Positions 9,771 to 20,085 of a DNA stretch of 64,000 nucleotides are shown here, in pieces. Position numbers and translations under genes: made by a program. The DNA is from Chloroflexota bacterium (GTDB taxonomy: Bacteria > Chloroflexota > Dehalococcoidia > UBA2979). The first letter of the stretch is position 1. Every line of letters begins with the position of its first letter. The notes beneath the pieces were generated by a model. It searched no databases and was not told the DNA's origin. It saw only the letters and a program-made list of their open reading frames with translations. The DNA is taken from the NCBI GenBank assembly GCA_027593235.1, contig JAQCIU010000008.1, forward strand, positions 1 through 64,000, given 5' to 3'.

Positions 9771-11774
9771 TTATTCCAGCTCCGCCTGGCAGCCCGCCTC
9801 GATCGATTGCGACATCAGCTGCCCTGCGAAGGGGTCGAGCTTGCGCAGCGCTGGTATGACGAACGCTGCAATGTTCACGGGATCGGTGATCCATTCGCTG
9901 AATTCCGCCATCGCTCTGTCGCGTCCCCACGGGTCATTCGGGTACACCTCGTACCAGCGGTTGTTCTCCCCATCGAAGGTTCGCTTGCCGCTCAACCCGT
10001 CCGCCATCCGCGCGGGCCAAGTCTCGTCGATGTCTGACTCGAGGGGATTGTACGTGACGAAGCCCAGCAGGGCTTGATGCACCCTCTCCCGGGCCAGGCA
10101 CCCACCCTCTACCGTCAACTCGAGGAGGCGTTTGGTCTGCTCGTCAGCCATGTCGGCGAAGGTTTTGATCTTCGCGGCCATCTCGGCGACATCGTCCAGT
10201 CGGTCGCCACCGAAGTCCTTGAGCGTTTCCCCTACCTCGCGGTATGTCTCGTTCTCGCGGCGAATCCGCTCTCCCTCAGCCGAGAGCGCGGATTCGACCG
10301 CTTCGCTCGTCCACGAGGCTCCACCGGCGATCGCACGCCGCGCGGTGTCGTAGAGTTCCGTCCTCCTCTCGGCAACCTCGCCCTGGGTATCGAGGAACGC
10401 GGAGACGGCCCGGCTCGCGAAATCAACGACGGCACCACGTCGTTCGTCGGTCTCCGGTTCCCGCATCTGGAGGAATGTCAGCGCCCCGTTTCGGTCCGCC
10501 GGGGAGAGCGCGACCTCGTTGTCCCAGCGTCCGGCGGGCGGCCCGACCTCCGCAACGGTTGCCCCGCCGAGCAGCCGCTCGAGTTGCTCATCGGAATACC
10601 CGCCGTACGAGCCGATCGTGAAGAAGCGGTCTTCGGGCGTGAGTCCGTTCACACCCTCGCCCACGAACCCCTGCCAGGTTTCCGCTGATGGATCGAAAGG
10701 CAGCCCCGCGACGGCGAACATCTCTCGCAGGTCCGCCAGCAGGTCTGACCGGAACTCCGGCGGATTCGCCGCCTGCTCCTCGATCGCGAGCTGGTCCTCC
10801 CAGATCCGATCGACGTCCTTGAGCCGGTCGTACTCCGAGACCCGCCCCCGAGGTGACGCCTGCGCGTCCTGCCCGAGCCCGTCGTTCCAGATGCGCGCGT
10901 CCTGCGCCAGCGCGTTGTAGGCCGACGGCCGGTTGCCGCCCTTCGTCTCTTCGAGGGCTAGCGTGTCGTCCCACAGCCGCGCCTCGGCGCCCGGCGAGAG
11001 CAACGAGGGCTGCGCCAACGTCCGCGGTGTCTCGCCGGCCGGCGCCTGGCGCAGCGCGGCGTTGCGCGCGTCCAGCTCGCGTTCGCGGGTGAACGACTCG
11101 AACGCTTCGAGGCCCATCGGGATCTTTTCGGCTTCGGCGCGGATGCGCGCCTTGCGCTGGCGGTCGTCGTCCGCCTCGAACGTTCGCTGCAATGTGCGCG
11201 TGACCGAGGGCAGTTCGGCGACCCGGCGCCTGCTGCCGGCGTCGGCGTCGACCAGCGCCTCGATGGTCGCGAGTGCTTCGTCACCGCCCGGTACCACGCT
11301 GAAGGCGTTCCGCAGCGAGCGGTTGCGATCCTTCAGGCGCTGCTCGTCCTCGAACGCGTCGAGCGCGCGTCGGGTCCCGCTCGCACCTGGCTCGAGCCGG
11401 TTCAGGCCTTGCTGCTCGCCGCGTTCCCGCTCGAGCTGCACTTCCTGCTGGTGAGCGCGTCGTTCCTGCTCGCGATCGCGTTCGCGCTGACGTTCGAGGG
11501 CAGCCTGGCGTCGTTCTTCCTCGCGGAACCGCGCCTCCGCGCGCGCGATCGCTTCCTGGCGGACGCGTTCCTGTTCGCGCCGGCGTTCCTCCTCACGGAG
11601 CCGTGCGCTCTGCCGCTCCAGCTCGCGCTGGCGTTCGACCTCGCGGAACAACGCGCGCTGTCGCTCCTCCTCGCGCAGCCGCGCGCGCTCGGCGGCTTGG
11701 CCGTCGTAGGCACGCTCTTGTTCGGCTAGCCCGGCCGCAAACAGGAGTTCTTCGGCGTCTCGAGACAGAGTCAA
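9771..11774 (-). CDS. Hypothetical protein with Arg/Glu-rich coiled-coil N-terminus and three short internal repeats
   Basis: 667-aa ORF, TTG start after GGGGAG; repeats ARLWDDTL/ARIWNDGL/DRIWEDQL. Confidence 0.7.
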   Translation of the reverse strand: MTLSRDAEELLFAAGLAEQERAYDGQAAERARLREEERQRALFREVERQRELERQSARLREEERRREQERVRQEAIARAEARFREEERRQAALERQRERDREQERRAHQQEVQLERERGEQQGLNRLEPGASGTRRALDAFEDEQRLKDRNRSLRNAFSVVPGGDEALATIEALVDADAGSRRRVAELPSVTRTLQRTFEADDDRQRKARIRAEAEKIPMGLEAFESFTRERELDARNAALRQAPAGETPRTLAQPSLLSPGAEARLWDDTLALEETKGGNRPSAYNALAQDARIWNDGLGQDAQASPRGRVSEYDRLKDVDRIWEDQLAIEEQAANPPEFRSDLLADLREMFAVAGLPFDPSAETWQGFVGEGVNGLTPEDRFFTIGSYGGYSDEQLERLLGGATVAEVGPPAGRWDNEVALSPADRNGALTFLQMREPETDERRGAVVDFASRAVSAFLDTQGEVAERRTELYDTARRAIAGGASWTSEAVESALSAEGERIRRENETYREVGETLKDFGGDRLDDVAEMAAKIKTFADMADEQTKRLLELTVEGGCLARERVHQALLGFVTYNPLESDIDETWPARMADGLSGKRTFDGENNRWYEVYPNDPWGRDRAMAEFSEWITDPVNIAAFVIPALRKLDPFAGQLMSQSIEAGCQAELE

Positions 11775-11909
11775 GGTGTCGCTCCCCGCTGAGGGCGCGC
11801 GCAGCTAGGCCTGCGCCGCTCACCTCGAGGCTCGCGACTGCCCGATTGCTAATCAACGCACGAGGGGCGGGAGTGTGGCGCACAACAAAGGCGGCCAGGT
11901 CAGCCCGGC

Positions 11910-11970
11910 CGCCTGTCATTCGAGGGCTGCGTGGCATTCGAGGGCTAGCCCAGCCCTCGAATGACAGGCG
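11910..11970. repeat. Perfect 20-bp inverted repeat (REP-like hairpin / possible terminator) downstream of gap
   Basis: CGCCTGTCATTCGAGGGCTG (11910-11929) and its reverse complement (11951-11970); loop holds a further CATTCGAGGGCT copy. Confidence 0.75.
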
Positions 11971-11981
11971 CCCGGAGGGCG

Positions 11982-12995
11982 CTACTTCAAACCACGCTCC
12001 GCGAGCATCGCGACGACGTCCGTCAGTCGGCAGGAGTAGCCCCACTCGTTGTCGTACCACTCGAGCGTCTTCGCCATCCCGCCGTCGACCAGCATCGTCG
12101 ATGGCGCATCGAAGATCGCGGAGTGTGGGTTCTCCTTGAAGTCGCTGGAGACCAGCTCTTCTCGTTCGTAGGCCAGGTAGCCCTTCAGCCGGCCTCCAGC
12201 CGCGGACAGGAACGCCTCGTTGATCTCACCGATCGACGGCGTATCGCGCAGGTTGGTGGTGAGGTCGACCAGCGACACTGTCGGCGTCGGCACGCGCAGC
12301 GCCATACCGTCGAACTTGCCGGCCAGTTCGGGAATGATCCGGCCGACGGCGCTGGAGGCGCCGGAGCTGGTGGGGATGATGTTGAGCGCGGCCGCGCGGG
12401 CACGCCGTAGGTCCTTGTGCGAGTTGTCGACCAGGTTCTGGTCGCCCGTGTACGAGTGCACGGTGGTCATGAAGCCGCGCTCGATGGTGAACGCGTCGTG
12501 CAGCACCTTCACCGCGACCACGACGCAGTTGGTCGTGCACGAACCGGCGGAGATGACGTGGTGGTCAGCGGCCGAGTACTGCTCGTCGTTGATCCCCATG
12601 ATGACGGTCCAGTCCTCGCCCTTCGCCGGTGAGGAGATGATGACTTTCTTCACCCCGTCGTGCAGGTGCGTGCCGGCCGACTCGCCGGTGCGGTAGTGGC
12701 CGGTGGATTCGATCACCACGTCCACGTTCGCTTTGCCCCAGGGGATGTCCTTCGGGTCGTTCTCGTTGAAAACGTGCACCTCGTGGCCATCGACCGTGAA
12801 CGAATCGGTGCCGTCCACGATCTCCGCGGGGAAGCGGCCGTAGTCGGAGTCGTGGCGCAGCAGGTGGGTGCGGATGTGCACCGGGCCGCGGTTGATTGCG
12901 ACGATCTCGAAGTCGTCGCGGCGGTTTTGCCACCACGCGCGGAACGCGGCGCGCCCGGTTCGCCCGAAGCCGTTGATGCCTACACGTACGGTCAT
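11982..12995 (-). CDS. gap: Type I glyceraldehyde-3-phosphate dehydrogenase
   Basis: GINGFGRTG, SCTTNC, HKDLRRARA, WYDNEWGY. Confidence 0.96.
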   Translation of the reverse strand: MTVRVGINGFGRTGRAAFRAWWQNRRDDFEIVAINRGPVHIRTHLLRHDSDYGRFPAEIVDGTDSFTVDGHEVHVFNENDPKDIPWGKANVDVVIESTGHYRTGESAGTHLHDGVKKVIISSPAKGEDWTVIMGINDEQYSAADHHVISAGSCTTNCVVVAVKVLHDAFTIERGFMTTVHSYTGDQNLVDNSHKDLRRARAAALNIIPTSSGASSAVGRIIPELAGKFDGMALRVPTPTVSLVDLTTNLRDTPSIGEINEAFLSAAGGRLKGYLAYEREELVSSDFKENPHSAIFDAPSTMLVDGGMAKTLEWYDNEWGYSCRLTDVVAMLAERGLK

Positions 12996-13178
12996 TGCGC
13001 TGCTCCTGCTCGACCGAAAGGGGACTCCTCGTCAGGCGCGCGCTTGCACCGCCCGCGGCACGCCCAACCCTACCTGTCTTCGATGCTAAACATGGCCCGT
13101 TCAAGCCGCATCAGATAAGTGTCAAAAGCGGCGAGGATGAGCGACGGGAGTCACGACGGCAGTCGCCCCGCCGCTCGG

Positions 13179-13634
13179 TCACCTCGTGGAGTCGTAGCCC
13201 TCGGACTCCTCCGCGACCAACGACAGCGCCGGCGCGACCGGAGGCGGCGAGACGGGCGGCGCTGCAATCCCGGTGCTGCGGGCGATCGAGGCGGCCAGCC
13301 AGCGGTTCAGGCTCACGTTCTCCTGCGCGGCCCGCATCGTCGCGCGCCGGTGCAGTTCCGGATTCAGCCGCAGTTGAAGCCGCCCCGAGAACTGTCGCGT
13401 CTCGAGCGGCTCCGGAATCTCCAGACCGCCTTCGAGGCGCACCTCGATGATCGCCTCCAGCGCCTCTTTCGCGCCCGCGATCGCCTCGTTCGGATCGGCT
13501 CCCTCGTTGATCGCGCCGGGCACCTCGAGCACAGCCGAGGTCCATACGTCTCCCGGCTCGTACTGGAACAGGGTGAAGGTGTACGGGCGCGCCGCCAGTT
13601 CCGCGGCCTCTCGTTGGATCGCGCTATCCGCCAT
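13179..13634 (-). CDS. hicB: HicB family antitoxin (HicB domain plus ribbon-helix-helix)
   Basis: EVPGAINEGADPNEAI..., FSGRLQLRLNPELHRR...VSLN; overlaps hicA. Confidence 0.88.
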   Translation of the reverse strand: MADSAIQREAAELAARPYTFTLFQYEPGDVWTSAVLEVPGAINEGADPNEAIAGAKEALEAIIEVRLEGGLEIPEPLETRQFSGRLQLRLNPELHRRATMRAAQENVSLNRWLAASIARSTGIAAPPVSPPPVAPALSLVAEESEGYDSTR

Positions 13635-13872
13635 TTGGGTGCTCCTCCTCCGCCAGCAGCGCGTCCTTCGCGATCTGCCGCATTGTTCCGGTGCCGACGC
13701 CATCGGTATGGCGAGGCAGGTACACCTGAGCGCTGCCCCGCGTCCAGACGTCGTGGTTGCCGCCATGCCGCTCAAGACTCCAGCCAGCGCCCTGGAGCGC
13801 GCGGACCAGGTCCCGCGGCTTCGTGCCGCCGGGCTGCCTCACGATCTCTTCGAGGGTCTTGCGAGGCGGCAT
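13624..13872 (-). CDS. hicA: HicA family toxin
   Basis: 82 aa; GWSLERHGGNH (catalytic His) and VYLPRH motifs, upstream of hicB. Confidence 0.88.
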   Translation of the reverse strand: MPPRKTLEEIVRQPGGTKPRDLVRALQGAGWSLERHGGNHDVWTRGSAQVYLPRHTDGVGTGTMRQIAKDALLAEEEHPNGG

Positions 13873-13874
13873 TC

Positions 13875-13932
13875 AGTATCACTATCGCAACTATACGTAG
13901 TGCCCAAGTTGGTGTCAATAACGACACTATCG
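13875..13932 (-). promoter_or_regulatory. Sigma70-type hicAB promoter with probable operator repeats
   Basis: TTGACA (13918-13913), 17 bp, TATAGT (13895-13890); GATAGTG repeated on both sides and a GTGTC/GACAC palindrome over the -35. Confidence 0.75.
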
Positions 13933-13957
13933 AGGGCCGCCTACCTTCACGAGGCCG

Positions 13958-16365
<2,408 letters not shown>

Positions 16366-16423
16366 TCATCGGGGAGTAGATTCGTCGAGCCGCGGCAATT
16401 GCCGTGGCTCTGAGGAGGCCATT

Positions 16424-16717
16424 GTGTATGGAACCGTCGCGCGCCTGCGCGTACAGGACGGCAAACAAGGCGAGTTCGAGGCCGAGCTGAAGCGATTCGA
16501 GGCCCGCAACGTTCCGGGTTTCGTCCGGACGCTGCTCTACCGGATGGACGCGAACGCCAGCGAACTGATGATGGTCTTCGCGTTCACCGACAAGGCTGCC
16601 TACACCGCCAACGCGAACAGCCCGGAGCAGGGCACCAGCTACGCCGCCCTCCGCGCCACCCTCGCCGCGGACCCTGAATGGAACGATGGCGAGATCGTGA
16701 TGGAGTCCATCGCCTGA
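16424..16717 (+). CDS. Small ABM/dimeric alpha-beta barrel family protein
   Basis: YGTVARLRV...AYTANANSPEQ...DPEWNDGEI; GTG after GAGGAGG. Confidence 0.75.
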   Translation: MYGTVARLRVQDGKQGEFEAELKRFEARNVPGFVRTLLYRMDANASELMMVFAFTDKAAYTANANSPEQGTSYAALRATLAADPEWNDGEIVMESIA

Positions 16718-16742
16718 TCCACTTCACCTGCTGAGACCGACA

Positions 16743-16767
16743 AACGGCCGCCCGAAGGGCGGCCGTT
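16743..16767. terminator. Hairpin between convergent genes (probable bidirectional terminator)
   Basis: AACGGCCGCCC-GAA-GGGCGGCCGTT. Confidence 0.7.
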
Positions 16768-16792
16768 CTGCTGCGTGCTACGAGTCGACTGC

Positions 16793-17761
16793 CTACCCCA
16801 GCGCCACCGAGGCGGGATCGAATCCCGCCGCGCGCACCGCTTCGACGAGCGCTGCGCCCTCGGCGTCGCCCAGCTCGACCATCGGCGGCCGCACCGTCTT
16901 CCACGCCGCGTCCCCTCGCCCGGAGGCAAGTAGCCACTTCTGTCCCGGCACCGGCTGCTCGGTCTCCAGCGCGCGTCGGATCGCCGTCGCCAGAGTTTGG
17001 CGCTCCTCGGCGGACCCATCGTCCGCCACCCACGCGTCCCACACCGCGCGCGACCCCGAGGGATTCACGTTCGACGTCGCCGTGATGCACCCGGCCCCGC
17101 CTGCCTCGAGCCCCTGCAGCAGAAAGATCTCCGAGCCCGGGAAGATCGCCAGCGAAGGGAAGCGATCGATCATCGCCTCGGTGTTCGACCAGTCGCCGGA
17201 GGAATCCTTCACCCCCGCGATCGCCTCGCCGTAGCGCTCGACCAGCAGGTCCAGCAGCCCCAGCGTGACCGGCACGCCGGTCAACCGTGGGAAGTGATAG
17301 AGGAACACGCGCAGCTCGGGGTCAGCGACCCGCTCAATCACCGTGCCGAAGGCGCGCGCCAGCCCCTCGTCGCTCATCCCCTTGTAGTAGAACGGCGGCA
17401 GCATCAGCACCCGGTGCACCTCGTGCGACACCGCATGCTCCGTCAACCGCACCGAGTCCGGGAACGCGCAGCACCCTGTCCCGACCATCAGTCGGTCCGC
17501 CGGAATCCCGCCCGCGATCGCCGCATCGAGGAGCGCCATCCGTTCCTCGACCGAGAACGAATTCGCCTCGGAGGTCGTCCCGAACAGCGCGAGCCCGTGG
17601 CACCCCTGCTCCAGCACCCACCGCGCCTGCTCCAGGAACCGCGCCGCATCGACGCCGTACTCAGAATCCACCGGCGTCAGCACCGGCGACCACACCCCCA
17701 GCGCCGGCAACCCCTCGAGGCGTGCAACTGCGGCAGCGTGATCGGTCGTGGCGATGGTCAT
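16793..17761 (-). CDS. Dihydrodipicolinate synthase/N-acetylneuraminate lyase family aldolase
   Basis: GTTSEA, PPFYYK, LYHFP, GVKDSSGD. Confidence 0.9.
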   Translation of the reverse strand: MTIATTDHAAAVARLEGLPALGVWSPVLTPVDSEYGVDAARFLEQARWVLEQGCHGLALFGTTSEANSFSVEERMALLDAAIAGGIPADRLMVGTGCCAFPDSVRLTEHAVSHEVHRVLMLPPFYYKGMSDEGLARAFGTVIERVADPELRVFLYHFPRLTGVPVTLGLLDLLVERYGEAIAGVKDSSGDWSNTEAMIDRFPSLAIFPGSEIFLLQGLEAGGAGCITATSNVNPSGSRAVWDAWVADDGSAEERQTLATAIRRALETEQPVPGQKWLLASGRGDAAWKTVRPPMVELGDAEGAALVEAVRAAGFDPASVALG

Positions 17762-17934
17762 GGCGTGCTCCTCGGGCGTTGCGCGTGCTGCACGAAGCAT
17801 CGCGGACGGCGCGGATCGCGACAAGCGAAGCAGGTGGACGCGTGGGCGATCGCCGATTCACCGCCTGCCGCCGCTTGTTGCTATCGTGCTCCCGCAATCG
17901 GGTCGATTGGAATGCGCCGCACCAGGAGCTGTTG

Positions 17935-18039
17935 ATGCGTTACGAGAAGCCGCGGATCGACCGCAAGGGTCTCATCGCCCGCATGATTGTGAAGTCGTCG
18001 CCGTGTGACCTGCCGGACCACGCCAGCGCGCCCGTCTAG
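17935..18039 (+). CDS. 34-aa orphan peptide with YxxP motif (RiPP-precursor-like)
   Basis: AGGAG RBS, ATG, MRYEKPRIDRKGLIARMIVKSSPCDLPDHASAPV*, TG-n-TATCGT upstream and a hairpin right after. Confidence 0.6.
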   Translation: MRYEKPRIDRKGLIARMIVKSSPCDLPDHASAPV

Positions 18040-18060
18040 TCAACCTCCGGAGACCAAACC

Positions 18061-18090
18061 GAAACGGCCACCCGCAAGGGTGGCCGTTTC
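18061..18090. terminator. Rho-independent terminator-like hairpin after the small peptide
   Basis: GAAACGGCCACCC-GCAA-GGGTGGCCGTTTC. Confidence 0.75.
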
Positions 18091-18233
18091 ACGTTCCGCC
18101 GTCCCGCTGCCTCTGGGTTTGCGACTGCTACGCCTCAGGTCGATCGGCGCGGGATCTCGAGATTGCGGGCTAGCGAACGGCCCCAGCACAACATCGCGAC
18201 CCCAGGACCGCAGGTCAAAAGGGACGAAGTCCC

Positions 18234-19199
18234 CTAGCGGGCGCGGGGGTGGACGTTTTCGTAGACCTCGCGGAGGTGCGAGTCGGCGAGCTGGGTGTAC
18301 ACCTGCGTCGTCGACACGTTCGCGTGGCCCAGCAGCTCCTGCACGTCGCGGACGGACGCGCCGCCTCGCAGCAGGTGAGTGGCGAAGGAGTGGCGCAGCG
18401 TGTGCGGCGTCACGTGGGTCTTGATGCCCGCGGCCTTCGCGTAGTTCTTCAGGATCAGCCAGAAACCCTGGCGCGTCAGCCGCTCGCCGCGCCGGTTCAC
18501 GAACAGCGCGTTCTGCGTGCGCGACTTCAGCAGTGCCGGGCGCGCCTGATCGAGGTACCGCTCCAGCGCATCCACCGCGTTCGCGTGCACCGGGATCGTG
18601 CGCTCCTTGGCGCCCTTGCCCACGCACCGCACGTACGCCTCGTCCTTGATGTGCAGGCTGTCGAGGTTCAGCGAGACCAGTTCCGTCACGCGCATCCCGG
18701 TCGCGTAGGTCAGCTCCAGCATCGCCGCGTCGCGGACCGCCTCGGGGGTGTCGTGCTTGCGCGGCTCCAGCAGCAGCGCGTCCATCTCGCCGGTCGTCAT
18801 TGGCTTCGGCACCGGCTTCGGTGCACGCGGCGAATCGATCTGCGCCGTTGGGTTCGTGGTGAGGTCGCCGCCATCCAGCAGGAACGCGCAGAACGACTTC
18901 ACCGCGGCGACCTTGCGGGCCACCGTCGCCTTCGCGTATTCGCGCCGGTTCAGATCCGCCAGGTAGTCGACGACGAGCTGACGATCGATCGCCTTCGCGT
19001 CGATCGTCGTGCTGATGCGCCCGGTCCCGGTGCCGTCCTTCGAACCGTTTCGGGCGCCCTCAAGCAACGTCGAGGATCGACGTTCCAGCGCGAAACGGGA
19101 GAACCCGGTGAGGTCGTTGCGGTAGGCGTCGATCGTGTTCTTCGAGGAGCCACGCTCTGCGGAGAGGTAGTGGAAAAAGTCTTCCACGCGGTCCTGCAC
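18234..19199 (-). CDS. xerD: Tyrosine recombinase XerD
   Basis: YATGMRVTEL, GKGAKER, TRQGFW, HTLRHSFATHLL, LLGHANVSTTQVY. Confidence 0.92.
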   Translation of the reverse strand: MQDRVEDFFHYLSAERGSSKNTIDAYRNDLTGFSRFALERRSSTLLEGARNGSKDGTGTGRISTTIDAKAIDRQLVVDYLADLNRREYAKATVARKVAAVKSFCAFLLDGGDLTTNPTAQIDSPRAPKPVPKPMTTGEMDALLLEPRKHDTPEAVRDAAMLELTYATGMRVTELVSLNLDSLHIKDEAYVRCVGKGAKERTIPVHANAVDALERYLDQARPALLKSRTQNALFVNRRGERLTRQGFWLILKNYAKAAGIKTHVTPHTLRHSFATHLLRGGASVRDVQELLGHANVSTTQVYTQLADSHLREVYENVHPRAR

Positions 19200-19400
19200 G
19201 GGGTCCTCCGAACTGAGCCCCCACCCCACGCGTTGTCGCCATCCATGGCTCGACGCGACTCTAACTGTCCGGCGCTCAGTGCGGCGACCGGCGGGGGGAG
19301 TGCCTTCACTGGTTTACATATATCGGAGCCGGTAGGTCCGCGTCTAATTAACGTCCACGTGATGGATCATCACCGCGAGCGCACTTCGGTGATACGAGCG

Positions 19401-20033
19401 TCAGTCCTCGAATCCGTACTCACCGCGCAGCGGGACGAACCGGCAGCCTCCCAGCGAGCGTCGCTCCAGCCGCGCTCCGTGCTTCGTCGCCACCACCAAC
19501 TCCTGCGCATCGCGGCTTCCGATCGGCGCGACCATGCGACCGCCTTCGGCGAGCTGGTCGATCAGCGGTGGCGCCAGCTCTGGCGCCGCCGCCGTTACGA
19601 GTATCGCGTCGTACGGCCCGCGCTCCGGCGCGCCCAGTTCGGCCCCGGCGGCCAGCACGATCACGTTGTCGATCCCGAGGTCCCGCAGCAGCTCCGCCGC
19701 TCCCTCGCGCAGCGCGTCCACCACCTCCACGCTGACGATCTCGTGTGCCAGATGTGACAGCACCGCCGCCTGGTACCCCGACCCCGTCCCGATTTCCAGC
19801 ACCCGATCGGTCGAGGACAGCGCCGCCGCCTCCGTCATCACCGCCACGATCGTCGGTTGCGAGATCGTCTGGCTGTGCCCGATCGAAAGCGCCCGATCCT
19901 CCCAGGCGTGCTGGCGCAGCGAGGGCGGCACGAAGCGATCGCGAGGCACCGCGCGCAGTGCGCTGAGCACCGCCGGATCGCGTACCTCCCGCGAAACCTC
20001 GAGGATCAATCGATCGATCGCGTCCATTGCCAT
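19401..20033 (-). CDS. pcm: Protein-L-isoaspartate O-methyltransferase
   Basis: QTISQP, VLEIGTGSGYQAA, PYDAILVTAA, RFVPL. Confidence 0.95.
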   Translation of the reverse strand: MAMDAIDRLILEVSREVRDPAVLSALRAVPRDRFVPPSLRQHAWEDRALSIGHSQTISQPTIVAVMTEAAALSSTDRVLEIGTGSGYQAAVLSHLAHEIVSVEVVDALREGAAELLRDLGIDNVIVLAAGAELGAPERGPYDAILVTAAAPELAPPLIDQLAEGGRMVAPIGSRDAQELVVATKHGARLERRSLGGCRFVPLRGEYGFED

Positions 20034-20085
20034 CTGGTCCGCCCTTACGACGGACGCCGCGTCGCCGAGGCCGTCAGACCGGCGA

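Noticed and set aside
18221-18233. GGGAC-GAA-GTCCC as another DosR-like box
   Set aside because: Spacer is 3 bp and it lies just after the xerD stop, better explained as a small hairpin
18234-19199. Prophage or island integrase
   Set aside because: Motifs and housekeeping context fit chromosomal XerD; no phage genes nearby
19311-19340. dif-like site upstream of xerD (ATATGTAAACC on minus strand)
   Set aside because: Only one arm resembles a XerD box; no convincing XerC arm or spacing
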